From contig CAYYFQ010000003.1 of NCBI GenBank assembly GCA_964471475.1, forward strand, positions 164 through 64,163: a stretch of 64,000 bases of DNA. Direction: 5' to 3'. The translations under genes and the position numbers were made by a program. Each line of letters opens with the position of its first letter. The stretch's first letter is position 1. This document shows positions 1 through 8,385 of the stretch, piece after piece. This stretch comes from an uncultured Gammaproteobacteria bacterium (lineage in GTDB: Bacteria; Pseudomonadota; Gammaproteobacteria; CAISUE01). The notes under the pieces were generated by a model. The model searched no databases and was not told the origin of the DNA. It was given only the letters and a program-made list of their open reading frames with translations.

Positions 1-149
1 GGTAAAATAATCGTTCTTCATCATATATTTTGGTGCTCCAATGAGAATACTTGATTAAAAAAACAAGGATGTTGTCTTATCTTTAAAGCTTTGAATCCAA
101 TGATCGGCGTTCAAGCTTAAATCCTTTAATTTTTTGATCGAGTATTTTT

Positions 150-1934
150 ATGACTTTTCCTAAAACGCCTTTGGCATTCTTATTTTATTTCGCCCGTCAG
201 CAGTGGTTTAAATTCTCCTTATTGCTTTTCACGGCAATGACTTGGGCAATCAATGATACTTTTTTTCCTTATTTTCTAAAACGTATTGTTAATGTGTTAC
301 GAAATTATCATGGGGCTGCTTCAGAAATTTATGCCGCTTTAAGTGGCACATTAATTTTGTTTGTTTTATTTTGGGTGGTGACAGAATTTTTTGGTCGTCT
401 TCAAGGAATTGTGGCTATCTATGCCTTCCCTAAGTTCCGCGCGCAAATGCGCGAAGTAGTGTTTAATTACGTCAATCAGCATTCGCACGAATATTTTTCT
501 AATCAATTCGCTGGCAATATTGGGAAAAAATTGTCTGATTTACCGACCAGTTGTCAGTCGATGATGGAAATGATTTGCTATCAATTTGTCACTGTGATTG
601 TAGGTGCCTGCATTGTGGTTGTGATGATGTGGCTTGTGAAACCTCTTTTTGCGTGCATTGTATTGATATGGCTTGCTTTACACTTTGGTTTAACATTGCT
701 TTGCTTGAAGGCTGCGGGGAATTTATGGGAAATTCATTCTGAGTCGGTTTCTACGTTGAGTGGAAAAATTGTCGATACTTTTACCAATATTTTAAATGTT
801 CGCTTGTTTGCGCGGCGTGATTACGAGAGTGAATACTTAAAAAAATTTCAGCACGATGAAATGAAAAAATCTCATAAAGTCATGTGGGCGATGGAGTTGA
901 CACGTATTGGTTTAGGATTGAGTGGGTTATTTTTAATCTTTACGACCACTTTCACGTTATTGCATGGCTATGTTCACGGTTGGATTAGCTTAGGAGATTT
1001 TACCCAAGTTGGCATGCAAGCTTTTTGGCTTTTAGGTTTTGTCTGGTTTGTGAGCTATCAAATTTTGGTTTTCTCGCGAGAAAAAGGAACGATTGATAAT
1101 GCCTTGCGTTTGGTCTCGCAAGGCCACGATGTTGTCGATGTGCCTCATGCGCAACCGATCTTGATTGATAAAGGCAAGATCGAATTTGATCACGTGGGAT
1201 TTGCTTATCAATCGGATCGTTGGATTTTTGAGAATTTAACTGTGACTATTCCAGCAGGTAAAAAAGTCGGTTTGGTAGGCTTTTCGGGATCTGGGAAGTC
1301 GACATTTGTTAATCTCATTTTGCGATTTTATGATATTCAAAAAGGTCATATTTTGATTGATGGGCAAAATATTGCCACAGCGACCCAAGATTCTTTGCGT
1401 TCGCAAATTGCGATGATTCCCCAAGATCCCATGTTATTTCATCTAAGCTTGATGGAGAATATTCGTTATGGACGCCTAGATGCTACCGATGAAGAAGTGA
1501 TCGCGGCCTCTAAATTGGCTCATTGCCACGAGTTTATTGAGGTCTTAGATGGTGGTTATGGAGCGTTGGTAGGGGAGCGGGGTGTAAAACTTTCGGGAGG
1601 GCAAAGGCAACGTATTGCAATCGCACGCGCTATTTTAAAAAATGCGCCTATTTTGATTTTAGATGAAGCGACTTCCTCACTTGATTCTGTCACTGAAAAA
1701 TTGATTCAGCAAAGTTTACAAAAATTAATGATGGGACGCACGACGATTGTTATTGCGCATCGACTATCTACATTAGCCAATATGGATGAAATTTTTGTTT
1801 TTGATCAGGGTAAAATTGTTGAATCAGGAACGCAAACTGCGCTATTGAATAATGAAAAACATTTTTCGCGCTTATGGAAAATGCAAGCAGATGGGTTTTT
1901 GCCGGCAGAAGTGCTATATACCCATTATGCTTGA
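150..1934 (+). CDS. Fused permease/ATPase ABC exporter (MsbA/MdlB-type, 594 aa)
   Basis: The N-terminal half is hydrophobic with about 6 helices. The C-terminal NBD has Walker A GFSGSGKST, ABC signature LSGGQRQRIAIARA and Walker B ILILDEATSSLD. Confidence 0.85.
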   Translation: MTFPKTPLAFLFYFARQQWFKFSLLLFTAMTWAINDTFFPYFLKRIVNVLRNYHGAASEIYAALSGTLILFVLFWVVTEFFGRLQGIVAIYAFPKFRAQMREVVFNYVNQHSHEYFSNQFAGNIGKKLSDLPTSCQSMMEMICYQFVTVIVGACIVVVMMWLVKPLFACIVLIWLALHFGLTLLCLKAAGNLWEIHSESVSTLSGKIVDTFTNILNVRLFARRDYESEYLKKFQHDEMKKSHKVMWAMELTRIGLGLSGLFLIFTTTFTLLHGYVHGWISLGDFTQVGMQAFWLLGFVWFVSYQILVFSREKGTIDNALRLVSQGHDVVDVPHAQPILIDKGKIEFDHVGFAYQSDRWIFENLTVTIPAGKKVGLVGFSGSGKSTFVNLILRFYDIQKGHILIDGQNIATATQDSLRSQIAMIPQDPMLFHLSLMENIRYGRLDATDEEVIAASKLAHCHEFIEVLDGGYGALVGERGVKLSGGQRQRIAIARAILKNAPILILDEATSSLDSVTEKLIQQSLQKLMMGRTTIVIAHRLSTLANMDEIFVFDQGKIVESGTQTALLNNEKHFSRLWKMQADGFLPAEVLYTHYA

Positions 1935-2251
1935 AGATGCGAGTTTCTAACGTTTCTTTTTCCTTGCAAAAAATGCTTTATTATAATTCTCGCATCTTCA
2001 GGTGTAATAATGGGTATAGTTGTTTGTTCTAAGCATTAGCGAAATTTCTTAGGTATCTGAGTTATGATCTTAATGAGATATTTTTTTTGTGAGAGTAGGG
2101 TGGTTAGTTCTTTAATGAGATGCTCAAGATTTGAAGCAAAAATTGAGCAAGCCATAGAAGAGCTGTTGATTTTGGTTCACAAACAAGGACTCACAAGTGG
2201 GCTCAACCAATAAGTGCAACCGCTATGGTAGAATAAAAAATAAAGTACTAT

Positions 2252-3247
2252 ATGGATAGTAACATGAAAAAACGGCAGCTTGGCAAACGAGGGCCTTTCG
2301 TTTCAGAAATAGGTATTGGTTGCATGGGAATGGTAGAATTCTATGGTTCTACAGATGATAAAGTCGCACTGCAAACTTTAAAGAAGTCTCTTGAATTAGG
2401 AATTACCTTTATTGATACTGCGGATATGTATGGCAGAGGGCGTAGCGAAGAATTAATCGCCAAAATATTTAATGGCTCACAGCGTGACAACATTATTATC
2501 TCAACTAAGTGTGGTTTTATACGCCCTAATGATGACATAAAAAAAATGTATCTAGATGGCTCACCAGAATATATTAAAAAGGCCTGTGAACAGAGCTTAT
2601 CTAGATTAAAAACAGACTATATTGATATTTATTTTTTACACAGAGTCGATCCTAAAATCCCTGTTGAAGAATCTATAGGAGCGATGAAACAATTAGTTCA
2701 AGATGGCAAAGTACGCCATCTTGGTTTATCCGACACAACAAAAGAAATAATTAAAAAAGCATCTTCCGTGCATCAAATAAGCGCCTATCAAGGTGAGTAT
2801 TCACTTTGGCATCGTGATGTCGAAAATGATTTACTTCCGGCATGCCAAGAGTTTGATATTGCTTTTATTCCGTACAGCCCGCTTGGGCGAGGTTTTTTAG
2901 CTGGAGGCATTCGCTCTTTTGAAACTATAGAACCAAATGATTTTAGAAAAATCTTGCCAAGATTTCAACCAAATAATCTACAAAAAAATATGGGGTATCT
3001 TGATAAATTATATGTGGTTGCAGAAAGTAAAAATTGTACCTTAGCTCAGTTGGCACTCGCTTGGCTATTAGCACAAAACTATTCAATCATTCCAATCCCT
3101 GGAGCTAAAACGCCACAACAGATAGAAGAAGATTGTGAAGCAGTTAACTTGGAGCTATCAAATTCAGAATTAATATTATTAAATGAGATCATGCCTATCG
3201 GATCTGCTGTAGGAACAGCTTATCCAGAAGAAATGGAAACTAAATAA
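2252..3247 (+). CDS. Aldo/keto reductase family oxidoreductase (331 aa)
   Basis: The N-terminus (MKKRQLGKRGPFVSEIGIGCMGM), FIDTADMYG, YIDIYFLHRVD and PYSPLGRGFL are typical AKR motifs. The true start may be the ATG at 2264 (MKKRQLG). Confidence 0.85.
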   Translation: MDSNMKKRQLGKRGPFVSEIGIGCMGMVEFYGSTDDKVALQTLKKSLELGITFIDTADMYGRGRSEELIAKIFNGSQRDNIIISTKCGFIRPNDDIKKMYLDGSPEYIKKACEQSLSRLKTDYIDIYFLHRVDPKIPVEESIGAMKQLVQDGKVRHLGLSDTTKEIIKKASSVHQISAYQGEYSLWHRDVENDLLPACQEFDIAFIPYSPLGRGFLAGGIRSFETIEPNDFRKILPRFQPNNLQKNMGYLDKLYVVAESKNCTLAQLALAWLLAQNYSIIPIPGAKTPQQIEEDCEAVNLELSNSELILLNEIMPIGSAVGTAYPEEMETK

Positions 3248-3279
3248 GCCTGATTAATTATTATTTAATTAGCTGAATT

Positions 3280-3453
3280 AAAAATTACCTCTGCACTGGA
3301 CAAAAAATCTCTGAAGCTGTCATCCAGCGACTTGTTCGCGGGATCCGAAAAGTTGAAATCTTGGGCCCCGCGAATAAATCGCGGGGCGACAGCGTTTTTA
3401 ACAAGCTTTTCCAAGTAGCTTTTAAATTTTTGTCTAGTGCAGAGAAAAATTAC
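3280..3453. mobile_element. MITE-like non-autonomous element: 18-bp terminal inverted repeats flanked by a 9-bp direct repeat (putative target-site duplication)
   Basis: The left TIR is CTCTGCACTGGACAAAAA (3289..3306). The right TIR is TTTTTGTCTAGTGCAGAG (3427..3444), matching 17/18 as reverse complement. AAAAATTAC occurs immediately outside both TIRs (3280..3288 and 3445..3453). The interior has no ORF and contains a GC-rich hairpin, CCCCGCGA-ATAAA-TCGCGGGG (3366..3386). Confidence 0.55.
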
Positions 3454-3475
3454 AATCCTTATGGAGAAATTAATA

Positions 3476-3964
3476 ATGATAGAAATTGTGACTCATAATC
3501 CAGCTTGGTCAAAAATGTTTGAATCTGAGGCGGTAAAAATTAAAAAAATTCTAGGAAGTAACTGCATTAATATCTATCATATAGGTTCAACATCTGTTCC
3601 AGATTTAGCCGCCAAACCTATTATCGATATAATGCCTGTTGTACATGATATTAAGGCTGTGGATTTATGTAACTTTAATATGCAACAACTAGGATATGAA
3701 GTTAAAGGGGAATATGGGTTTATGCTGAGAAGATTTTTTATTAAAAAAAATGCTTTTTATGTGCATGTATTTGAAGAAAATAACCCTGAAATTGAACGCC
3801 ATTTGAAGTTTTGTGATTGGATGAGAAATCATCCCAATGATAGAAATGAATATGCTTCTCTAAAAGAAAAACTAGCACAAAAATTTTCACATGATAGGAC
3901 ATCTTATTGTTTTGGAATGTTGCTCTTATCGACGAAAAGGCAGGGTGGCAGGGGATACGTATAG
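3476..3964 (+). CDS. GrpB (UPF0157) family protein; the 3' end is probably disrupted by a frameshift
   Basis: MIEIVTHNPAWSKMFESEA... and HIGSTSVPDLAAKPIIDIMPVV are characteristic of the GrpB domain. A GGAGA Shine-Dalgarno sits 8 nt upstream of the ATG at 3476 (the ORF track starts at a GTG, 3437, inside the MITE TIR). The last 20 or so codons look out of frame. Confidence 0.7.
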   Translation: MIEIVTHNPAWSKMFESEAVKIKKILGSNCINIYHIGSTSVPDLAAKPIIDIMPVVHDIKAVDLCNFNMQQLGYEVKGEYGFMLRRFFIKKNAFYVHVFEENNPEIERHLKFCDWMRNHPNDRNEYASLKEKLAQKFSHDRTSYCFGMLLLSTKRQGGRGYV

Positions 3965-4398
3965 TTAAAGCATTTATAGAAAAAGAATGGAATACTATAA
4001 AAAAAATTAGGAGAAAATATTACTTTGATAAGCTTCAAAATACAGATCCTTACACATGTACATTTAACGATCCAAATCATGTACACCTTGTAGTTTATCA
4101 AAAAACGAAGATTATTGGATATGCTCATATTCAACTTTGTGCTGATGAAAAAGCAGTAATTCATTTTATTTTTATTAATGAAAATAAACGTAATCAAAAT
4201 CTTGGCAGTCAACTCTTATCATTCGTTGAACAATGGCTTAAAAGTAGAAATTGTAAAAATCTATATTGTACGCCACCTTCTAATGAAATAATGCTGTTCT
4301 TTAAAAACAATGGGTTTGGCGATATGGTTTTTGATGATGGCAATGTCTGTAACATAATTATTCAAGATCAAGATGCATTAATGGGTAAGGTATTGTAA
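3907..4398 (+). CDS. GNAT-family N-acetyltransferase domain protein, probably the 3' half of a frameshifted GrpB-GNAT fusion
   Basis: The layout is GNAT-like (HVHLVVYQKTKIIGYAHIQL..., RNQNLGSQLLSFVEQWLKSRNCKNLY, FFKNNGF). The ORF overlaps the GrpB ORF by 58 nt and has only a TTG start. Confidence 0.6.
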   Translation: MFWNVALIDEKAGWQGIRIVKAFIEKEWNTIKKIRRKYYFDKLQNTDPYTCTFNDPNHVHLVVYQKTKIIGYAHIQLCADEKAVIHFIFINENKRNQNLGSQLLSFVEQWLKSRNCKNLYCTPPSNEIMLFFKNNGFGDMVFDDGNVCNIIIQDQDALMGKVL

Positions 4399-4425
4399 AA
4401 ACATTAATGATAGATGAGTTGCAGT

Positions 4426-4462
4426 TATTGTTTGAATCCACAAACCGTGAATTCAAACAATA
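4426..4462 (+). terminator. Hairpin downstream of the GNAT ORF (possible terminator)
   Basis: TATTGTTTGAAT (4426..4437) and ATTCAAACAATA (4451..4462) form a perfect 12-bp stem with a 13-nt loop. No clear U-tract follows. Confidence 0.3.
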
Positions 4463-4607
4463 GCACTTCTAAGCCCCTAATATCGAGTCGCTCAACATAA
4501 AGATACAAAATCTGTAATAACCGATCAATCGGATTTGGGAAGGATTTATATTTTTCTCTGCCGTTTTTTTGTGGAATATCTTTTTTAAATTTATTTATTC
4601 ACATCAT

Positions 4608-4639
4608 AAGTTGCATTTAATATGCAACTTAATTATAAT
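4608..4639 (+). promoter_or_regulatory. NsrR-type operator (11-1-11 palindrome) abutting a TATAAT -10 box
   Basis: AAGTTGCATTTAATATGCAACTT (4608..4630) is a near-perfect palindrome and resembles the enterobacterial NsrR box AAnATGCATTTnAAATGCATnTT. TATAAT lies at 4634..4639, about 90 nt upstream of the Rrf2 regulator gene. Confidence 0.6.
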
Positions 4640-4726
4640 GTAAGTGCATATCATCGGTTCTGTTTCTAAAAAAATAGAAGGTTGATAGGAGATACAGTAT
4701 TCACTTTATATTTGATAAAAAAATTT

Positions 4727-5173
4727 ATGCAACTCAATAGACAAACAGATTATGCCCTGCGCGCATTGATTTTTCTTGCTATGCAAAATGAATTAAGTAC
4801 TATTGATAATATTGCCAATAAGTTTTCAATTGCTCGAGAACATCTGACAAAAATTATTAGCCGATTAGCAAAATTAAATTACATTATTGCTCTTCGTGGC
4901 AAAGGCGGGGGGTTAAAATTAAATCCGCAAACGCTAAAGATTTCTTTAACGGAAATTGTTATGCAATTTGAGCCAACCTTTAAAGTTATTGATTGTACGG
5001 TTTTAGCTTGTCCTTTAGATGGTATGTGTCGCTTAAGCAAAGTGTTGAATGAAGCAAGTACAAATTTCCTTAATAATTTATCTCAATATACGTTAAGTGA
5101 TATTTTACCTCACACAGCACCTGAAAAATTAGCGGTAAAAAAACGGCTTAAAATTCAAAAAAAAAGGGGATAA
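4727..5173 (+). CDS. nsrR: Rrf2-family NO-sensing transcriptional repressor (NsrR-like)
   Basis: MQLNRQTDYALRALIFLA..., the wHTH ...ISRLAKLNYIIALRGKGGGLKL and the three-Cys cluster CTVLACPLDGMC align by eye with E. coli NsrR. The ORF-track start at 4682 is probably too far upstream. Confidence 0.8.
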   Translation: MQLNRQTDYALRALIFLAMQNELSTIDNIANKFSIAREHLTKIISRLAKLNYIIALRGKGGGLKLNPQTLKISLTEIVMQFEPTFKVIDCTVLACPLDGMCRLSKVLNEASTNFLNNLSQYTLSDILPHTAPEKLAVKKRLKIQKKRG

Positions 5174-5176
5174 CTA

Positions 5177-5551
5177 ATGGGCGAATTAACAAAAAAGCAT
5201 ATTGAAAAATTTGTCACGAATTTTTATCAACGTGTGAACGAAGATGAGTTGCTTGCACCTATTTTTAATGATACGGCAAAAGTAAATTGGGAGAATCATA
5301 TCCCATTATTGTGTAAATTTTGGAGTACTATCCTACTAAAAACCAATGAATATCATGGTAATGCTTATATGAAACATGTACTAATTGCCCAACAAATAAA
5401 AATTCAAGAAGCACACTTTACACGCTGGCTTAATTTATTTCAAGAAGAGGCAAAAAAACATTTGCCAGCTGAGGCGGCACAAGAGACCGTTCATAAAGCC
5501 GGTTTAATTGCCCAATCTTTGAAATATGGCATGCTAAGGCATGCTAAATAA
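5177..5551 (+). CDS. Group III truncated haemoglobin (Ctb-like, 124 aa)
   Basis: FYQRVNEDELLAPIFN...W..H...L.KFWSTILLKTNEYHGN...KH resembles the Campylobacter Ctb-type trHb. It starts 3 nt after nsrR. Confidence 0.75.
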   Translation: MGELTKKHIEKFVTNFYQRVNEDELLAPIFNDTAKVNWENHIPLLCKFWSTILLKTNEYHGNAYMKHVLIAQQIKIQEAHFTRWLNLFQEEAKKHLPAEAAQETVHKAGLIAQSLKYGMLRHAK

Positions 5552-5587
5552 ACTGTTATAAAACTTTAAAATAAAGAGGTGACAATA

Positions 5588-5875
5588 ATGAGTAAAGTAA
5601 ATCCAACTATCATTAGTAAACGCGATGGCTTAAAAGTTGTTCGCTTGCAAGTGGAGGCAGGAGGAATAGTACCCGAGCATTCAGCTAATGCACATGTAGT
5701 GATTGTGCCAATTAAAGGCAAAGGCACTTTTATCATTAATAAAGTACCACAACCTATTTTGGTTGGAGAAATCATAGAAATGGAGCCCAACACGCCACAT
5801 TCAGTAGAAGCTAATACAGATTTAGAGTTGATGGTAATTCAAATGCAGCTTGCACTTGCTAAAGCAGCATCTTAA
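5588..5875 (+). CDS. Small cupin-domain protein
   Basis: GGIVPEHSANAHVVIVPIKGKGTF....GEIIEMEPNTPHSVEA has the cupin two-motif pattern. An AGAGG Shine-Dalgarno precedes the ATG at 5588. Confidence 0.65.
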   Translation: MSKVNPTIISKRDGLKVVRLQVEAGGIVPEHSANAHVVIVPIKGKGTFIINKVPQPILVGEIIEMEPNTPHSVEANTDLELMVIQMQLALAKAAS

Positions 5876-5885
5876 TTGGTGACTT

Positions 5886-6332
5886 ATGCTAACACAAATG
5901 TTTATTCCCATTATTTTGTTATTATGGGCAGGTATGATTTTAGGAATTTCTTGTCTAGAAGCATGGGTTAAATTTAAAGCACCTACTCTTACTAAACAAG
6001 TGGGATTAGATGTAGGGCGAACTGTTTTTCAGGCATTTCAATATACACAATGGGGATTGGCGATACTTTTATTTCTTGCGATTTTATTTTTTCAGTTGCC
6101 TCTTACATATTTCGTTATACCTATAAGTCTTGGTGTGTTACTTGGCCTGCAAACATTTTGGTTTTTCCCTATGCTTTGCATTAATGTGGAGCTTATTTTG
6201 GCAGAGAAAAGCTCTCGCAAAAACGCTTATCATGCTTGGTATGCCTTACTGGAAATAGGAAAACTATGCTTATTAATAGGAAGCAGCTTATGTTGGTTTT
6301 ATTCAATGATATCAACTAAATGGGTTCCGTGA
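5886..6332 (+). CDS. Hypothetical integral membrane protein (about 4 TM helices), last gene of the nsrR operon
   Basis: The segments are strongly hydrophobic and the gene is tightly spaced after the cupin gene. I recognise no family. Confidence 0.5.
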   Translation: MLTQMFIPIILLLWAGMILGISCLEAWVKFKAPTLTKQVGLDVGRTVFQAFQYTQWGLAILLFLAILFFQLPLTYFVIPISLGVLLGLQTFWFFPMLCINVELILAEKSSRKNAYHAWYALLEIGKLCLLIGSSLCWFYSMISTKWVP

Positions 6333-6689
6333 CATATAGGAACGGATTGTTAAGTTTGGGTAATGTAACTATATATTTTTAATGATAAAATTTTATCTAA
6401 ATCAAATCCCTGAGCGCTATCAATTTTTGTAAAATCATATTTCCCGCGCATATTCACATGTTGCCAAGTCATTATGGAGCCATTTTTAACAGCTTCATTC
6501 CATCTCCTTATCAGTTATGTTTACATAGACAAACGGTATATTTTTATTTCTTTAACACCTGCAAATAATACTCCAGTGTCTGCATCTTACAGCGGTCAAT
6601 TGAATTTGCATTAAAATCATAAAGCATCGCATCCATTTGAAATTGCTAGTTACACAAGCATCATATGTTTTATAAGGAACACCGCGACA

Positions 6690-7922
6690 TTAGGCTTTTT
6701 CTTTATCGATTTCTGATGTTTTAGATTTAAGCAATGATAAGTGTCTTGTGGCTTCAAAGCGATCGGTTTGTGCCACATGGCGATAAAGCATTGTCGTGCC
6801 AATATCGCTGTGCCCTGCATTTTCCTGCGCCACTTTTAAGGGAGCCCCCGAATCTAATAAATAAGTGACGTAACTATGGCGTAACCAATGCGCTGAAGCT
6901 TGCCTGAGTTTAGAAGCTTTTTGTGGTTGGTCTGGTTCGAAGCAAGCTGCGCCTAAATTAAATGCCCATTTTAAAATTTGATCAATACGGCGAGGACTAA
7001 TCGATTGGTTTAGATTTTGCATAGGAATTAATGGCGTTTCTTCACGATACTGTGGCTCTGGAGAGGGTAGCCCAACTTGTAATCGAAACTCCGCTAACGC
7101 TTCTCGTAAAGCATCTGGCACAGGGATCTCCCGCAATTTTTTTCCTTTGCCGATGACTCGTAAAAACCAATTATTTTCACGTTGGATAAAATGCCCCATC
7201 GTATGATTCGCTGCTTCTGCAATCCGCATACCGGAATAAAATAGCAGCAAAATAATATAACGTGCCCGAACCACCTGAAAAGTTTGAATTTCATCATTAA
7301 TCGGATGAGAAGATAATGCATCTAAGGTAACTTGGATTTCTTCTTGTTCTAAATAACGGTCAATAATTCTTGGCTTTGCTTGGTTGCGTCGTTTTCTCCG
7401 TCTGTCTACAGCTAATGGGTTACCAATGAGATAATTCGTTTGCACTAAATAATTAAAAAAAGAATCTAAAATTTTGATGGCTTTTTTGAGAGAATTAGCG
7501 CCTAAGCCACCGGCAAAAGGTCGCCAAAGGAGATTGATACTGCCATCTTTTTTGAAACGTGCGGCACTTGGCCCACACCACAATTTTTTGGGTTCAGGAT
7601 TCTTAAGAAATTCTTGATATTCGGTCAAATGATTGCGACGTAAGCTTGAAATATTCACTTTAGCTACGTGAATGCACCACAGCAACAGACGTTCAACTTC
7701 TTTAGCATATGAGCGTAAGGTTTCTGGTGAATCTTTATATTCTTGTAAAAATACGGCAATGGCTTCTGCATCATTGCCCGCACCAATGAGCGCTTCTCCT
7801 ATTGCTTTGTTATAATCATCCTTAGCAAATTGCAAAATGAGATGATTTATTGAAAAGCCTTTATCCACAGGAAGAAATAAAGGCTTAATCATTTCTTGTA
7901 GCTCGAGTTTCTTGACCGTCAT
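6690..7922 (-). CDS. Tyrosine-type site-specific recombinase/integrase (410 aa)
   Basis: The C-terminal catalytic region carries ...GMRIAEA..., HWLRHSYVTYLLDSGAPLKVAQENAGHSDIGTTMLYRHV (R-H-R-Y signature). There is an N-terminal SAM-like core-binding region. Confidence 0.85.
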   Translation of the reverse strand: MTVKKLELQEMIKPLFLPVDKGFSINHLILQFAKDDYNKAIGEALIGAGNDAEAIAVFLQEYKDSPETLRSYAKEVERLLLWCIHVAKVNISSLRRNHLTEYQEFLKNPEPKKLWCGPSAARFKKDGSINLLWRPFAGGLGANSLKKAIKILDSFFNYLVQTNYLIGNPLAVDRRRKRRNQAKPRIIDRYLEQEEIQVTLDALSSHPINDEIQTFQVVRARYIILLLFYSGMRIAEAANHTMGHFIQRENNWFLRVIGKGKKLREIPVPDALREALAEFRLQVGLPSPEPQYREETPLIPMQNLNQSISPRRIDQILKWAFNLGAACFEPDQPQKASKLRQASAHWLRHSYVTYLLDSGAPLKVAQENAGHSDIGTTMLYRHVAQTDRFEATRHLSLLKSKTSEIDKEKA

Positions 7923-7924
7923 AA

Positions 7925-8218
7925 CTAATTCGCTAAAAGATTAACACTGTGTTTTGGCAAAGCCAATTTATTTTCATCATAAGCAAGTAATAAATGCCAA
8001 GTTTTTGCATAGCTCAAGATAAGCTGTATGGTTTCAGTACCAAGGTCATTCATAAGCTCATTTCGAGTCAGCGTTTTTTGCAGAAGTTCGATCGTTTGCT
8101 GTAATTCGTGAATGCCTTTTTCAGCTTGGTTTAATGATAGCCAAACAGTTTCTTCAGATAAGTTAACACTGAGTTGCACATGATCATCTTTTGCAGTATA
8201 AATAACAATTTCAGACAT
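7925..8218 (-). CDS. Hypothetical 97-aa protein, possibly a collapsed RhuM/Fic-associated family remnant
   Basis: The N-terminus (EIVIYTAKDDHVQLSVNLSEETVWLSLNQ) resembles the RhuM-type N-terminal motif. It is co-oriented with the integrase, 2 nt upstream of it. Confidence 0.35.
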   Translation of the reverse strand: MSEIVIYTAKDDHVQLSVNLSEETVWLSLNQAEKGIHELQQTIELLQKTLTRNELMNDLGTETIQLILSYAKTWHLLLAYDENKLALPKHSVNLLAN

Positions 8219-8385
8219 ATAAAAAACCTAGGTTGCATTTGAAAAATTAGCCCATTTTAGCATAAATATTTATATTCTGATAATAAGAGTACTCAGTAAT
8301 TATTGAGCATTTGCTGGGTACACCTTTATATCCGGATGCAAAGCGTGCACTGAACAAAGAAGGATTGATTGAAAATGATGAAGAT

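Noticed and set aside
1-149. Possible start of a minus-strand gene running off the left edge (ATGATGAAGAACGATTATTTTACC read from about position 31)
   Set aside because: Only about 10 codons are visible, so it cannot be supported.
1932-2000. 12-bp inverted repeat, TGAAGATGCGAG ... CTCGCATCTTCA, after the ABC exporter gene, considered as an intrinsic terminator
   Set aside because: The arms are separated by about 45 nt and no U-tract follows. It may be a structured element, but it does not fit a canonical rho-independent terminator.
3904-4212. 102-aa minus-strand ORF
   Set aside because: It is antisense to the GNAT domain. Its composition is low-complexity and AT-driven (runs of F, I, K and N).
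5566-5793. 75-aa minus-strand ORF
   Set aside because: It is antisense to the cupin gene, which has a good Shine-Dalgarno and recognisable cupin motifs.
6361-6560. Short minus-strand reading frames (MTWQHVNMRGKYDFTKIDSAQGFDLDKI...) in the non-coding gap beside the integrase, considered as a gene remnant
   Set aside because: The frame is only about 43 codons and I can place it in no recognisable family. Evidence is insufficient.
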